Positions 51,483-63,545 of a stretch of DNA of 64,000 bases are shown here, piece by piece (position 1 is the first letter of the stretch; every line of letters starts with the position of its first letter). The stretch lies in the NCBI GenBank assembly GCA_965113315.1, contig OZ220363.1. One strand, 5' to 3'. A program made the translations under genes and the position numbers. Origin of the DNA: Podarcis vaucheri (taxonomy: Eukaryota). Below the pieces are notes generated by a model. That model worked only from the letters and a program-made list of their open reading frames with translations, was not told the DNA's origin and searched no databases.

Positions 51483-52740
51483 TATTTGTTCTTGTTTATT
51501 CTTACTTTGTTTTTCATTATTCTTAATTTGTTTTTTGATGTTGTCTTTTAAATTGTGGCCTACCTTGGGCGAAGGTTGGGTAATAAATGAAGATACTGCT
51601 CCTGCTGCTACTACTGCCTCTGTGTCCTGGGTGGGATGATACCATTGTGGTATTCCTGCTGTCGCCACATAATGATTGGCTAATGTGGGGGCATCGTTGG
51701 CAAGCAAGTTGGTGATTGGCAGCAGCTTCATTGGCAGGGATCCTGTCGCAGCTGCTGTTTGCAGGGGTGCATGAGCTTTTCTTTCTACAGTTTATGCTTC
51801 TCCTGTGTTGACCTTGCTGCATGCCACTGTGGCTCAAGCATTGTCAGGACGTGGGACCCGCCTGCGTCTGCTTAAAATGGTTTCGTCTCGTTTTGAAAAA
51901 GGTGTGATAACTGTTTTCACTTACCATAGCTGCTTGGAGGCACTCTACAAGCAAAATTATTGCCATTGGAAAAGAGAAGAAATCTAGCCTAAAGACCAAC
52001 AGGATACATTCTTACACGTTCATTTGCACTGCAGCCTGGATTTGTGTGAGATCTAAACAGAGGCTTCTCTGAGATCCCTTTGGTAAATCACATTGGATGT
52101 GTGCTTTCTGTAATTTATCTGTGAATTATTGCTTTTTTCCATGTTGTGGGTACTGTTTATTATTAACCTTGGCCATTAACCCTGTATGATGTAGATAAGT
52201 CCTCGACTTGTCAGTTTACATTTACAGAGCATTCACTGTCATGCAAGCACCACTGATTAAATATACTGTGACAGGACAAAAAATTATGCAAGGCTAGGCC
52301 AGAGCAAATGTCAGATGTATTCTCTTTTGTCTAGGAGTTCTAAATAGCATTACCTCTTGTGTGCATGCAAGAGCAATCCAGTCATGTGGTATGAGATGCT
52401 AAGATACAGAGGTTGCAGCGTACTAGAACACAACCAGTTAATCCCAATTTTGTCCTTACTTCTCTAGAGGAACTGGGGTGGAAACGTGAGCGACTATACA
52501 AATAAAACCTACAAAAGCTTTGTTCTATCATCTAATCATGCTCCTGATCACATTTTGGTATCCTTGCAGTACCAATAGCCAGATTAGTCTGGTTTCAGGT
52601 AGAAAGTTGATGCCTGACTGGCTCGCCTCATTTCCAAAGAGACTATTTAAGGAGTATGGTGAAGACGGTCACGTTCTCTCCAGATGATCCAGATGACACG
52701 ATTATTCCTTAAGAGTCCCTTCATATCTGGTTATCATATA

Positions 52741-52981
52741 CAGTGGTACCTCGGGTTAAGTACTTAATTCGTTCCGGAGGTCCGTACTTAACCTGAAACT
52801 GTTCTTAACCTGAAGCACCACTTACGTAATGGAGCCTCCTCCTGCTGCTGCGCCGCTGGAGCACGATTTCTGTTCTCATCTTGAAGCAACGTTCTTAACC
52901 TGAAGCACTATTTCTGGGTTAGCAGAGTCTGTAACCTGAAGCGTATGTAACCTGAAGCATATGTAACCCGAGGTACCACTG
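52741..52981. mobile_element. Tigger-like MITE
   Basis: Perfect TIR cagtggtacctcgggtta / taacccgaggtaccactg; TA TSD. Confidence 0.94.
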
Positions 52982-53244
52982 TAGTACAAGAAGTAACAAC
53001 AGCAAATGTCTTAAATACATTACTCCACCTCTTCCTTTTAGATAACTTTAAAAGCAGGCCCAGCAAGCTTGTTTCTGTATTTTCCCCAACACTACAAAGC
53101 AGCAATAGCACCCATTAAGAGGGTAAAGTTCTCCTTGGTGCTGCGGAAAAGCCTTCTTACCCTTTAAGCAAGCACATCAACACACACAAACAGGAAAATC
53201 AAAGTATATGCTCCATTTCTGAGGATGAAAGGGGAAGGCAGTTA

Positions 53245-53436
53245 GTAGGAAGCTGCCTTCGACTGGGACAGGCTGCCTGCACACCAAACCCAGTGTTGTC
53301 TATGGGCGATAGATCTCCAAAATCTCAGCAACAGGCCTTTCTCATTATCTGCTGCCTGATCCTTTCAACTGGACACTAAACCAGGGACCATCTGCATGCA
53401 GAGCACATGTGCTGTCACTAAGCTACTCACCCTCCC
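53245..53436 (-). mobile_element. Old tRNA-derived SINE, decayed
   Basis: taggaagctgcctt tail and accagggaccatctgcatgcagagcacatgtgct..cactaagcta head; related pieces at 59567-59700 and 63745-63830. Confidence 0.55.
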
Positions 53437-54056
53437 CAGATCTTTCATAGAAAGAGAATGGAGAAGAGTACATTCTGAATTGGTGAGGTGTCCCTGTATG
53501 AAAAGTATAACCTTGCTGAAATACTCAGTCTTGCTTAGATATCCTGTGGGATATCCACATGGGATCGCCCCTCTGGTGTTCCCCCTTCTGGGATGCCATT
53601 GTGGACCGAAGACTACACCCACAGGAAAGTGGCAGGTAAGTTGTGGAAGAACTCTGAATTAAAGAGCTCCCAGGGTAAGAGACTGAGACAGAAAAGGGAA
53701 ACTCCCAGGTGATGGCTGGGAACGTCTGCCATTTTCTATGGGTGGCCAGGATTAAGAGCTACCTTTCATGAAGTTTCTGTGTTTGTGCATCATTCTGGTA
53801 TTTTAGATACCTTGCTGCTGATTTTCTCCTCCCTTATTTTGTATGTTTCTGCAATTTTACCGCGTAATTCTTATTGTATTGATATAATTGTTTTGATTTT
53901 ATATTGTAGAGACATGTTATCTAGTGACATTTGTGTTTGTTGAAGACTACTCTGAGGTCTTCTGATCAAGGTCTACTGATTAATATTTAATTTAATATTA
54001 ATTTAAATATAATATAATTATATTTTGAAGGGCTTCTACAAGTGTTTGTGTATAGG

Positions 54057-54223
54057 CAGTGCTTTTTTTCTGGGGGGGATGCAGGGGTACACATAGCCCT
54101 AAACATTTTGTGAATCTTTTGTCCATTTACTGTATTTATATTTCCTGATTTGAACTATAAAATGGTGATTTTCCTGAGTCAAAATGAGAGTACCCCAAAC
54201 ATTTTTTCCAGAAAAAAGCACTG
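54057..54223. mobile_element. hAT MITE
   Basis: TIR cagtgctttttttctgg / ccagaaaaaagcactg; TSD tgtatagg / cacatagg (differences consistent with CpG decay). Confidence 0.85.
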
Positions 54224-54862
54224 CACATAGGAAAGACAGAAAGAAAAGCAAGTTAGAACCTTGACTTTTTTTAAAAAAAATTAAAGGCCAAACAGTACTC
54301 AGACATGTCCCTTCTGACAACAGATGCCCATGGACAGCATCCAATGTTAAGCAGACTACCACATAACACACAGAACTCCATAGCAGTAGCAGTGCTAGTG
54401 GAGGAAAGACTCATGGTTCAGCTGCAATCTTCAATTGACGTGTGAGGACTGGAGCCCCAGCACTAAGCCATGCACGCAACCTGGAGCTTTGCTCTAAACA
54501 TGAGCTATGTGTATGACATCATCTCCACCCACCTGCCCCCCCCAATTTAAACACCTGCATGAGTCCATTGCTAAAACCAAAGGCTATATTGCTGTGCACA
54601 GTTAGTGTAATTAAATCCAGTCTCCATCAATGAGATATCAGCTGCTCGGTTGCACCTAGGATGGTGGCTAACATGTGCCATAATCACTCTGTTAGTTCAT
54701 AGTACATGCTGCTCTTTGTGTGTATTATGAAAATGCCTCTGCCCATTCATATATACATTTTCTCCTTTGCTCTCTATAAATTACCCTCTGTGTTCACATA
54801 TAAGCCACTGTAATTTAGTTATTTACTGTGCGCCACAAACTCCATAAAATGCCACTTTCCAA

Positions 54863-55026
54863 NNNNNNNNNNNNNNNNNNNNNNNNNNNNNNNNNNNNNN
54901 NNNNNNNNNNNNNNNNNNNNNNNNNNNNNNNNNNNNNNNNNNNNNNNNNNNNNNNNNNNNNNNNNNNNNNNNNNNNNNNNNNNNNNNNNNNNNNNNNNNN
55001 NNNNNNNNNNNNNNNNNNNNNNNNNN
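54863..55026. other. Assembly gap (N run)
   Basis: 164 N. Confidence 1.
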
Positions 55027-56009
55027 AGTAGCAAGCCTGCTGGGTTGCAGGATAGATAGGGCCTGTCAGGGATAGAATATAATGTAGCGGTTTTATGAAT
55101 TATTTCTGTGAGGAAAAGCCTATTACAGCTGACAAGAGGATGATATTAGCCCATCATCATTCCGATGGCACCACCCTTCCCCCTTTCATCCATCAGGCCT
55201 CTTGTATGAGCGCTGAAAGCCAGGCAGTCTTTGCATAGCCAACACAAAGACAAATACTTCTCTCTTTTCGGAGTCCATGAAACATTTAGTATTTCATTTC
55301 GAATCATGGCAGATGACAGTAACAAATGGCCTAATGAATCTCCCTCATTGTCCCCGGTGAATCCGAAGATGAGAGAAAAGTAAAATCTCTTTCCTGGGGT
55401 TGGATTTGTTTGTTTGTTTATATATTTGGCCTGCACGGAAAGGGTTTCTGCCAGCCTCTAAAATGAATTTCTGGGTTGCTAGCAATTAGCAGCCGGCAAG
55501 CAAACAAAGCAAAGATCAGGTATGTTGCTGTGACCCTCCCCATTTTCCGACTGTACCAGAGAGCACAATTATATGAGAATGGATTTCAGTCAGCTTTAGA
55601 GATGAATTTTAAAGGTTTTTCTTTTTGTAAAGTAACTTCAAAGGTGGAGAGAGAGAAAACCCAACCTGCAAAAACAATAATAAAGCAATGTAATGAAGTT
55701 GCATATTAGATAACGCTAGTAATATGTAACGGGTGTATCATGAATTATAAACTTCTTTTTATTGCCTTTTTGTTTTATTTAAAGGGAAACTGCATTAATG
55801 GTGTTTGAATTTTTCAGCACGGATGTAGCTGAGCCATACAAGTTTTATGTAAGATTGTTTTCTAAATGTGGCTTTCAAAGGCAGAAGTCCCTAGCAGATG
55901 TGTGGAGGAAGGAATTATTCCCCTAGTCAGATTGTACTGAGAGAAGGAGATTCTTTCTTCTGCAGGGCTGGGCCAAGGCATTTTCCCACTTCAAGCTGAT
56001 GTGCTGCAT

Positions 56010-56139
56010 CAGCATTCGCCAACCTGGTGCCCTCTAGGACTACAACTCCCATCAGCCCCAGCCAACAAGGTAGTGCTGGGGAAGGTTGATGGGAGCTGCA
56101 CTCCAAAACAAATGGCGGCTACCAGATTGGCAAAGGCTT
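56010..56139. mobile_element. Short palindromic hAT MITE
   Basis: gccaacctggt...caactcccatc...gatgggagctg...accagattggc; TSD tgctgcat / ccctgcat. Confidence 0.7.
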
Positions 56140-56285
56140 CCCTGCATGATTGAAGAAGTGCCCGGGCACTGCCTCCATCAGCATCTGTGGCCAATAGTGT
56201 GGGTGGGAAATTTTGGACACCGAAGTCAATGGCCTTCCATCGGGCCCATCGTCAAATGGGAAGGCGTATTACTTCATTTATATAA

Positions 56286-56545
56286 AATAATAATAATAAT
56301 AATATCTTTATTGTCATTGCCCCCTTCGGGGACAACGAAATTACTTGACTGCTCCATAAAAACACTAATTAAACAATACAGTATAATACAGCAAGGGAGA
56401 TTAGATGACTTTCAAAGTCCAGGCTTCCCATTCAGGGCCGAGATCGCTCTGGAGAAGAAGCTGTTCTTAAGACGGCTCGTTCTTGTCTTCATCATCCTGT
56501 ATCTCCGTCCCGACGGCAAGAGCTCGAAGAGACAGTGACCAGATG
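56286..56545 (-). mobile_element. Rex1/Babar LINE 3' fragment
   Basis: ORF 56412-56636: GHCLFELLPSGRRYR...RTSRLKNSFFSRAI; tgacaataaag + (TTA)n tail on minus. Confidence 0.9.
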
Positions 56546-56729
56546 GTAAACCAGCCCTGTTGTATTTAGGGGCCTTTTCATTCATTCTGCTGAATGGGGT
56601 CTTGTGCTTCTTTTTTTGCTTTAAACTTATTATCATTATGTATTAAATTTATATACTGGACTTCATCAAAACATCTCAGGGCGGTTCACATAATAAAACA
56701 CAAGATAAAACACAAGTAAACATAGAGGT

Positions 56730-56945
56730 TACCGCAGCATAGACAAGAGAAGTTCAGTTATCCCTTTCCTGATAGTGGCACAGCTTGGCCACCAGCTGAA
56801 GCTGATGGAAGGCACTCAGCGCCACTGAGGCCCCCCAGCCATGTGTGAGACAGCAGAGGATCCAGGAGTAGCCCCAAGTTGTATACCTGCTCCTTCAGAA
56901 GAAATGTAACCCCATCAAGAGCAGGCAACCTCCCAGCCATCTGGG
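56730..56945 (-). mobile_element. Old L2 ORF2 internal fragment
   Basis: LPALDGVTFLLKEQVYNLGLLLDP resembles L2 ORF2. Confidence 0.65.
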
Positions 56946-59164
56946 AGAATGGGTTTATTCGTTTTGTTAAGAAGTGTAAACAAAACAAAAAGACTTCTGG
57001 GCTTCTGTCCCAAAGTTCGGTCCTGATGGTGCCATATAAGAGACATACCACAAAGGATTCTGGACTACAGTTCTTAGATAAAATTCTGCTTTTACCTCAT
57101 CTATAAGTAAGAAAAGTAGGGGCAGCCAAACAGAAGAGGAAAGACCTAACTGTGTGCTTGATTTATTTATTTCTGAAGCTTTCATACAGCTGCTCAAAGC
57201 GATAAATATTTAGTGTGGCCTCCTGCTGTTAGAACCCCTTGTGCCATAGTAAGGCATTGCATAAAAGGTCATTTTTGGCATGTGACCAACAACAAACAAG
57301 CTCTAACACTTCAGCATACAATGTAATCCAGTTTCGACCTGGATTACAAACAGGTGTGATCTCAGTTGTAGCTTGGCACCCTGTTTCTTCCTCACCTGAA
57401 TGGCAGGCAAGGGTGATAAGAGTAAGAACATCGATTTATTTAGTTTGTAGAGTGCTCAAGGCAATTCATATTACTTCAGTAATTCCCACAGGTATCCTGT
57501 ACACCACAATTATTAATCCCACTATGTGCATTGGGAGCAAAGGAGGAGTGAGATGGTTGCTTGTGTCTGGGCTGGTTAACCAACATCAAGTTGACTGCCC
57601 CTGGTTTCCACTGACTTCTAGCTTATTATCTTTTCCATATTGTTCTCCCCTCTTTCAATGCTTTATCCCCTTTTCTTTATTACCACAAACGATAGTTGTA
57701 AGGTATAAATGATTGTTAATTTTGAATTGAAACATTATGAATGGCCAAGAAGTTTCTGATGAAGCCGTGGTGACTGGTTGGTTTACGTCTCACAGATTTT
57801 TGAAGAGCTCCTTTTGTACCTACATAACATTTCCTTTTTTTACATGACAGATCACAATGGCTCACTCAGGGCCATTAAAGTTGCCAAGTAAATCCTTCTT
57901 AGTTTAAGTGAGTGTAAGTGGTTCCTATAATAGCTATATATATAAAATATCAAGACAATACCTTTGCTGAACATGAAACAGTGGTAACACTAACACATGA
58001 TTACAGTAAATTTTTATTGCCGTGGCACTAAAAAGTGATACAGTGGCAACAATGTGGCTTTTATCATTTTCTGACTTGAGACACAAAATAGAATGATGTA
58101 TTTTATGGTGTTGTTATTGCTGCATGTTCTGTGGGAAGACAGCAGGTCCACATGCTGCAGAGACAGTCGGGTCTAGCATTTTACGTGTTACAGCAGTGAT
58201 AGTGGAGCTCTTTCTCCATGGGTTCATTCTACAAGGCAGCTGCAATGTATAAAGGCTTGCCACCACAATATGGACAGGGCCAGTCTAACAATCCATCATC
58301 ACTCTTGGACCTGGCTTTTTTCATGGCTGCGTGGAAAGGATGCACAGAAACTGCGCTAGCCACAAGATGAGTAGAGCCTTTAAATGTTAGGACGCTACTG
58401 AGAGATGAGACCGCTTGTTTTCAACTCTTGTGCTATAATGTAATGTGTGAAGCTACCTTAGAGCTGATGTGTACATTACTCTCACCACAGGGATGCTCAT
58501 CTCCATTGTGAGTTTTATGTATGGATGTGTATGTATATTTATACACACAGAGGGAGATCATATAGTTTAGTTAGCAGATCTCATCATGGGACTTCTATGT
58601 ACAACAAGATCCACAGACAACCCAGAAATCATTGTTCTCTCAACACATGGCCTTGAGAATTATCTATATGATTTACCAGTCTCTTCATTAGGAAAGCATT
58701 TCTGGCTTGGTGTTTCCAGACTATGCTCTCAGAATATTTGGAGGGACGCTATAGGAAAATTTTCGTAGAATAGTGTCTTTGTATATGTGGTACCCAAGCA
58801 GTAGAAGGTCTATATCACAATGTACTATATTGTTCTCTGTACTTTGAACTGAGAGCTAAGCTTATTCTTGATTTGTTATGTAAGATACCAGATGTGGATA
58901 TTCAAGTGAAAATCACATATTTGCTGTCTGGTTTTGACAAATTTGTGACAGACAGAGTTGCGAGATTTGCAGTTACTGCCGAAATATCGAAGATAACATT
59001 CATTGAGGATAACATGGTGGACTGAAAAGATTTAATTGGGAATGACATATTGAATTAGTTTGTATTTTAATATGTACATATATTTTGTGCTTTAATGTTG
59101 TATCTATGTATATATTGGATCGGATTATATTATTTCTCTGGTGTTAGATGTGGCAAAATGGTCA

Positions 59165-59319
59165 AAGCAATAGCTCAGTTGGTTAGAGCATGGTGCTGAT
59201 AATGCCAAGGTTGAAGGTCCAATACCCATAAGGAACAGATGCATATTCCTGTATTGCAGGGGGTTGAACTAGATGATCCCCCTGGGTCCTTCCAACTCTT
59301 TGATTCTACAATTCTATGA
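59165..59319 (+). mobile_element. tRNA-Ile-derived SINE with CR1 3' tail
   Basis: tagctcagttggttagagcatggtgctgataatgccaagg resembles tRNA-Ile; then attcctgtattgcagggggttgaactagatga..ttccaactct..attctatga. Confidence 0.82.
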
Positions 59320-59566
59320 ATAAACAGCAAATAAACAATAGGACTCATTATGTGTATGGAACAGGAGGCTGAAGGAGATGGATCTTCAGTCTGGCACAGC
59401 GGGGTCTTTCTTATATTCTTAAGTAGTCATCATGCTATGAGTCTCCCCAAGCCCAGCCAGTGATACCACTGTCCTGTATCTCAGCTGAAGCAGCTCATGC
59501 TATTATAGCCTTGAATTATGTAGTAGTGCGTTTTGCTATATGTTACAGGTGAGCTGGAGAGGCTCA

Positions 59567-59700
59567 CATAGGAAGCAGCCTTATATTGGTCAGTATAACT
59601 CAGTTCTGTCTACTCTGACAGTGGCTCTCCAGAATTTCAGATAGGGTTACCTTGCAGCCCTAGCTAGGAATGCCAGAGACTGAACCTGGAACCTTCTACG
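59567..59700 (-). mobile_element. Old tRNA-derived SINE fragment
   Basis: cataggaagcagccttata...gactgaacctggaacctt. Confidence 0.55.
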
Positions 59701-59997
59701 ATTAGTATTAATATTTTTTCATTTATTTATATCCCACTTTCCCCCCAGTCTGGGATTCAAAGCAGCTTACAGAGATAAAATAGAACACTCCTTCCTGATT
59801 TGTTACTATGGGAAATAAAGCAGTTCTAAATATTCTCTGTCAGGTGAGATCACACACAAAGTCTGGACAGCAAAACTGGAACTAAATCTTGTGAACATTC
59901 CCCCCCCCAATTCTGTTAAGGTAGGATTATAGATTCATGTGAAACAAAATCTTTAAAGGGTGCCAAAGAGTTCATGATGCATCCTGCTGTGTGAGTA

Positions 59998-60142
59998 CAG
60001 TGGCACCTCAGGTTACATACGCTTCAGGTTACAGACTGCTAACCCAGAAATATTAGCTAAAGTGGTGCTTCATGTTAAGAACAGTTTCAGGTTAAGTACG
60101 GACCTCCGGAACAAATTAAGTACTTAACCTGAGGTACCACTG
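59998..60142. mobile_element. Tigger-like MITE, internally deleted
   Basis: TIR cagtggcacctcaggtta / taacctgaggtaccactg; TA TSD. Confidence 0.9.
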
Positions 60143-60800
60143 TACTGTAACTTCTGCTCCTCCTAGTGCATGTGACCATCACTCTTCTCCTCTAGAAAAT
60201 GCTGGTTCTCTTGCAGAGACAGCAATGCAACATGTAGCAGAACAAGCATCACATGAGCTGGGGAAACACATCTGTGATGTCTTCTGGCATTTGTAGACAA
60301 GGCTGGCTGGCTACAGAGCTTCTTACTCAGCCAGGGACCTTTCCAACAATGCTTTATGTGATGTGTTGAGAGAAGGCATCTACTGAAATTCCATAGGAGC
60401 TTAAAGCTCCCAGGTAAGATAGGATCTTGGACCATTCATAGGGAATGCTGCAGACTGATGCTTTCTCCTTCTGAGGCAGTTACAGAAGATGTTGTCTCTG
60501 CAGGAAGCTAGAATCAACTGGAGCCTTAAGGAGACTGACTAGACCTGGAGTTCATTTGGCTCTGTCTGAGTGGTTAAAGGGTCCTTGCCTTATTTTGCAG
60601 TCCTTGGCTTCTATGTTGCTGGAGAGACTGTTGTACTTTGAGTGACTCATCTACTCAACCAGAAATTGCTGCAAGGCTGTGCCCTTCAGACAGGAGGGCC
60701 TTGACTATGGTGTTGTCTGTTCCACCCCACCATCACTGAAGGTTCTTGAGCTGTGTTCTCATCACAGCACTGTGCCACACATTTGGCCATGGGTCAAAAC

Positions 60801-61259
60801 GAGAGATGGAGGGGGGAATTAAAATCAGTTTTCATTTAAAGGTGAACCTATCCAATTCACACTTTCTGAAACACCGCATGAACCAAAACATAGCTATCTT
60901 TTTAATTTTGTAAGACAGTTCTCCAGCCAAATGAATTTACAAAAAAATGCATATAAAAGGGTAATGTGTACATCAAAATGCGGATATTAGTAAAAACAAC
61001 AACATTAAAATGTATTATATTTTCGGAAATTGTTTTGTGAAATGTGAATGTTAGGCAAAATTGCATGTAAATTAGGAGAATATCGCTGGTGGATTTTCAT
61101 GAGGAATTTTGCTTGCTTGTTTGTTTGTTTTAAATGACAAAATGCAAATGCTTTAAGTGACAAGTGTTTTAAATGATGTGGAAATATGAAAAACTGAATT
61201 CAAGATTGGGAAAATGATAAACTGAAAGACACCAAAATTGACAGATCCAGCCATCTCTA
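60801..61259. mobile_element. Old non-autonomous hAT-like element
   Basis: Ends agagatgg / ccatctct; degenerate TSD gtcaaaac / gtcttgac; related fragments at about 19112-19290 and 25540-25880. Confidence 0.55.
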
Positions 61260-63100
61260 GTCTTGACAGCCAGCCAGGCCAAACCAAGCTAAGCCAACCC
61301 AGCAGTGAGCAAGCAAGCAAGCAAGCATTTCCATCACATGGAGGAGGGGGGAGAAGAAAGACTGCTCAGGGCCACATTCACTTCTCCCCAGCCCTGTGCC
61401 CACATTGGCCATATAGTGGACCAAGTCTAGATCAGCTGGCGAGGAGAGCCCTTGCCCCTCCAGAAGGTCTTGCTTTTGGAGATATTCCCCCAGTGCATGG
61501 AAAGCATGAGGATAGTTAATGCAGGGAACATAACATCATAGATTGGGCCAATGGGTACAGCCTCTCTCTCTATCTGTCTCTCTCTTGTGATTCATGTGGA
61601 GACAACTGACCGAGAGGGCTAATATTTTTCGTCAAATGTTACACTGTAGTGTCACTTCAATTGGTTGTGAAATTTGTGTAAAGAGCTGCACTGTTCTTTT
61701 TTAAAAAACAAACAAACGCATCAACTACACTGAAAATGTTTTTAATGCTCTTACATATACAAATTTGTGGATTTTTGGTTTTTGTCTCTTAAGGATTTAT
61801 ATTATTTCAGTAACAGATGCTGTGGATTTCTGTGATGCTAGCGTAGACTCAGTAAACACTCCTGAGACATCTTAACGATTGCCCAGAATCCCTGTGTGTT
61901 AATAATGGCTTTGAATCTCAAATCCAACTTAAAAAGTACAGCTGAGCAGAAAGCTTTTGTTAAAAGTAGCATTTTGAAATGCTGTCAGTAACTATCATAA
62001 ATATTTGAGAAGTTAATATTTTAATCTTCAGCAATCACACTGAAAACATTTTTAGTGACAGATAGTGCTTCATTAATAGAGTTCTGTATGTCTAATTGCT
62101 TTAGGCAATGAGAGTTGCATTATTTTGACACATGACATGCAATTAGTACATGGTCACACGGCTAAAGGGAGATTTTGCACCTTTTTTCCTTCTACATTCA
62201 GAGTGAATAATTAGCATATTTTTTCTGCTGAGAATAATCATCAGAGCCTTAGATCAGAAATTGTCTAATGAGGTAAAACTCCAGTTGTTGACATTAATAC
62301 TTGTGACTTTCCCCCCTTTTTTGCTGTTGTAAAAAGTAAATCTACTGCTCCACTTCATTTACCATTTCCAAGGTGTTCAGAAAAATTCAGAAGCATTTTC
62401 TTGCTGTGGAAGAATTGCATACCTTCAGAAAAGAAGAAAGGAAACATTTCTTGGAGATTTGCTGTAGCATTCGCTAAGTTAGCGATACTTCAAAAAAGAC
62501 TAACTTTGGCTATGACCCAAATTCATGCCAGAGATTATTTCAGTTGTTGTAACACAAATCTCATACGGGGATCATAATATTAATGCACTACCTAGCCATA
62601 ATATTAATGTGCTATCTAGGTGTGGGATTTATTTATCACGATATACAGTAGTGTTGTTTCCAGTGAAAGTATGGTTTGATTGCATTCTGTTTGCTAAATA
62701 AAGCAGATTTGATTAGGTGTAATCTGACCTCACTGGATAGTTTGCAGATGCTTTGCATTCAAATCAGTAAAGCACATGCAACCACACCATTGTTAATTCA
62801 GAGTAGTGCTTGAATGGGGAGGGACACAGGGGTAGTTGCCCTGAATGCAAAATTGTTTGGGACACAAAAGTTCAACACCTGGTGCTGCTTCAATAAAGCC
62901 GTGCAGTTCTTTTGCTGGGCTCCACTGAAAACAACTTCTCCATGTGAACCAGGAAGTGACCTTTCCAGACAACACAGAACTACTCTTTTCTTATCTCTGG
63001 GTGATGCGGGCACTGCTAGGCAGCTGAATATGCATGCGTACTTCGTCCGTTTCCCTCCCAACAACCTCCATTGTGGGGCCCTGGGCATTGGCAACCCACG

Positions 63101-63545
63101 AAGGGCCGTCTTAAGCACATCCGGTGCCCCTCCCCTTTCCTAGAGTTGTCAATCTTTTTTAGGGCTGGAGGAGGTGGGCTGTGGCTGGAGGGCGGCTCCT
63201 CCGGCAGGGAAGAGGCGGAGGTGGTGGCCAGAGCAGGCAGCACACCGAGCCAGCAGGCCTGTGCCGAGTGAGGGCGTGTGCGCCGCTCCCGCCAAGTGTC
63301 GGCTTGGTTTTCTCCCTTTTAGCCTTCTGGCGCCCCGCAGAATTCGGCGCCTACAGGCTAAAATGAAAAAACCAAGCTGACGCACGACAGGAGCAGCGCA
63401 CACACCCTCGCTCACTCACTCACTCACTCACTCACTCAGCATGCTTGTTCGGTGTTCCCTGGATTATTGCCTGGTGCCCTCCAGAACTTGGCGCCCCGGT
63501 GCCCTACGCCCAGCGCCGCTAGCCTCTATGGGTAAGACAGGCCTG
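63101..63545. mobile_element. GC-rich hAT MITE
   Basis: TIR aagggccgtctta / taagacaggcctg; TSD aacccacg / aacccaca; TIR class shared with 2659; internal (CACT)n. Confidence 0.85.

Noticed and set aside
53540-53640. Possible plus-strand exon ending CAG|GTAAGT
   Set aside because: Weak acceptor, no recognisable peptide in the frames read and no partner exons; cannot be supported without RNA data
53978-54025. AT-only quasi-palindrome
   Set aside because: Low complexity; symmetry expected by chance
63016-63545. GC/CpG-rich overlapping ORFs as a promoter or first exon
   Set aside because: Bounded by TIRs and an 8-bp TSD; the ORFs are a by-product of high GC
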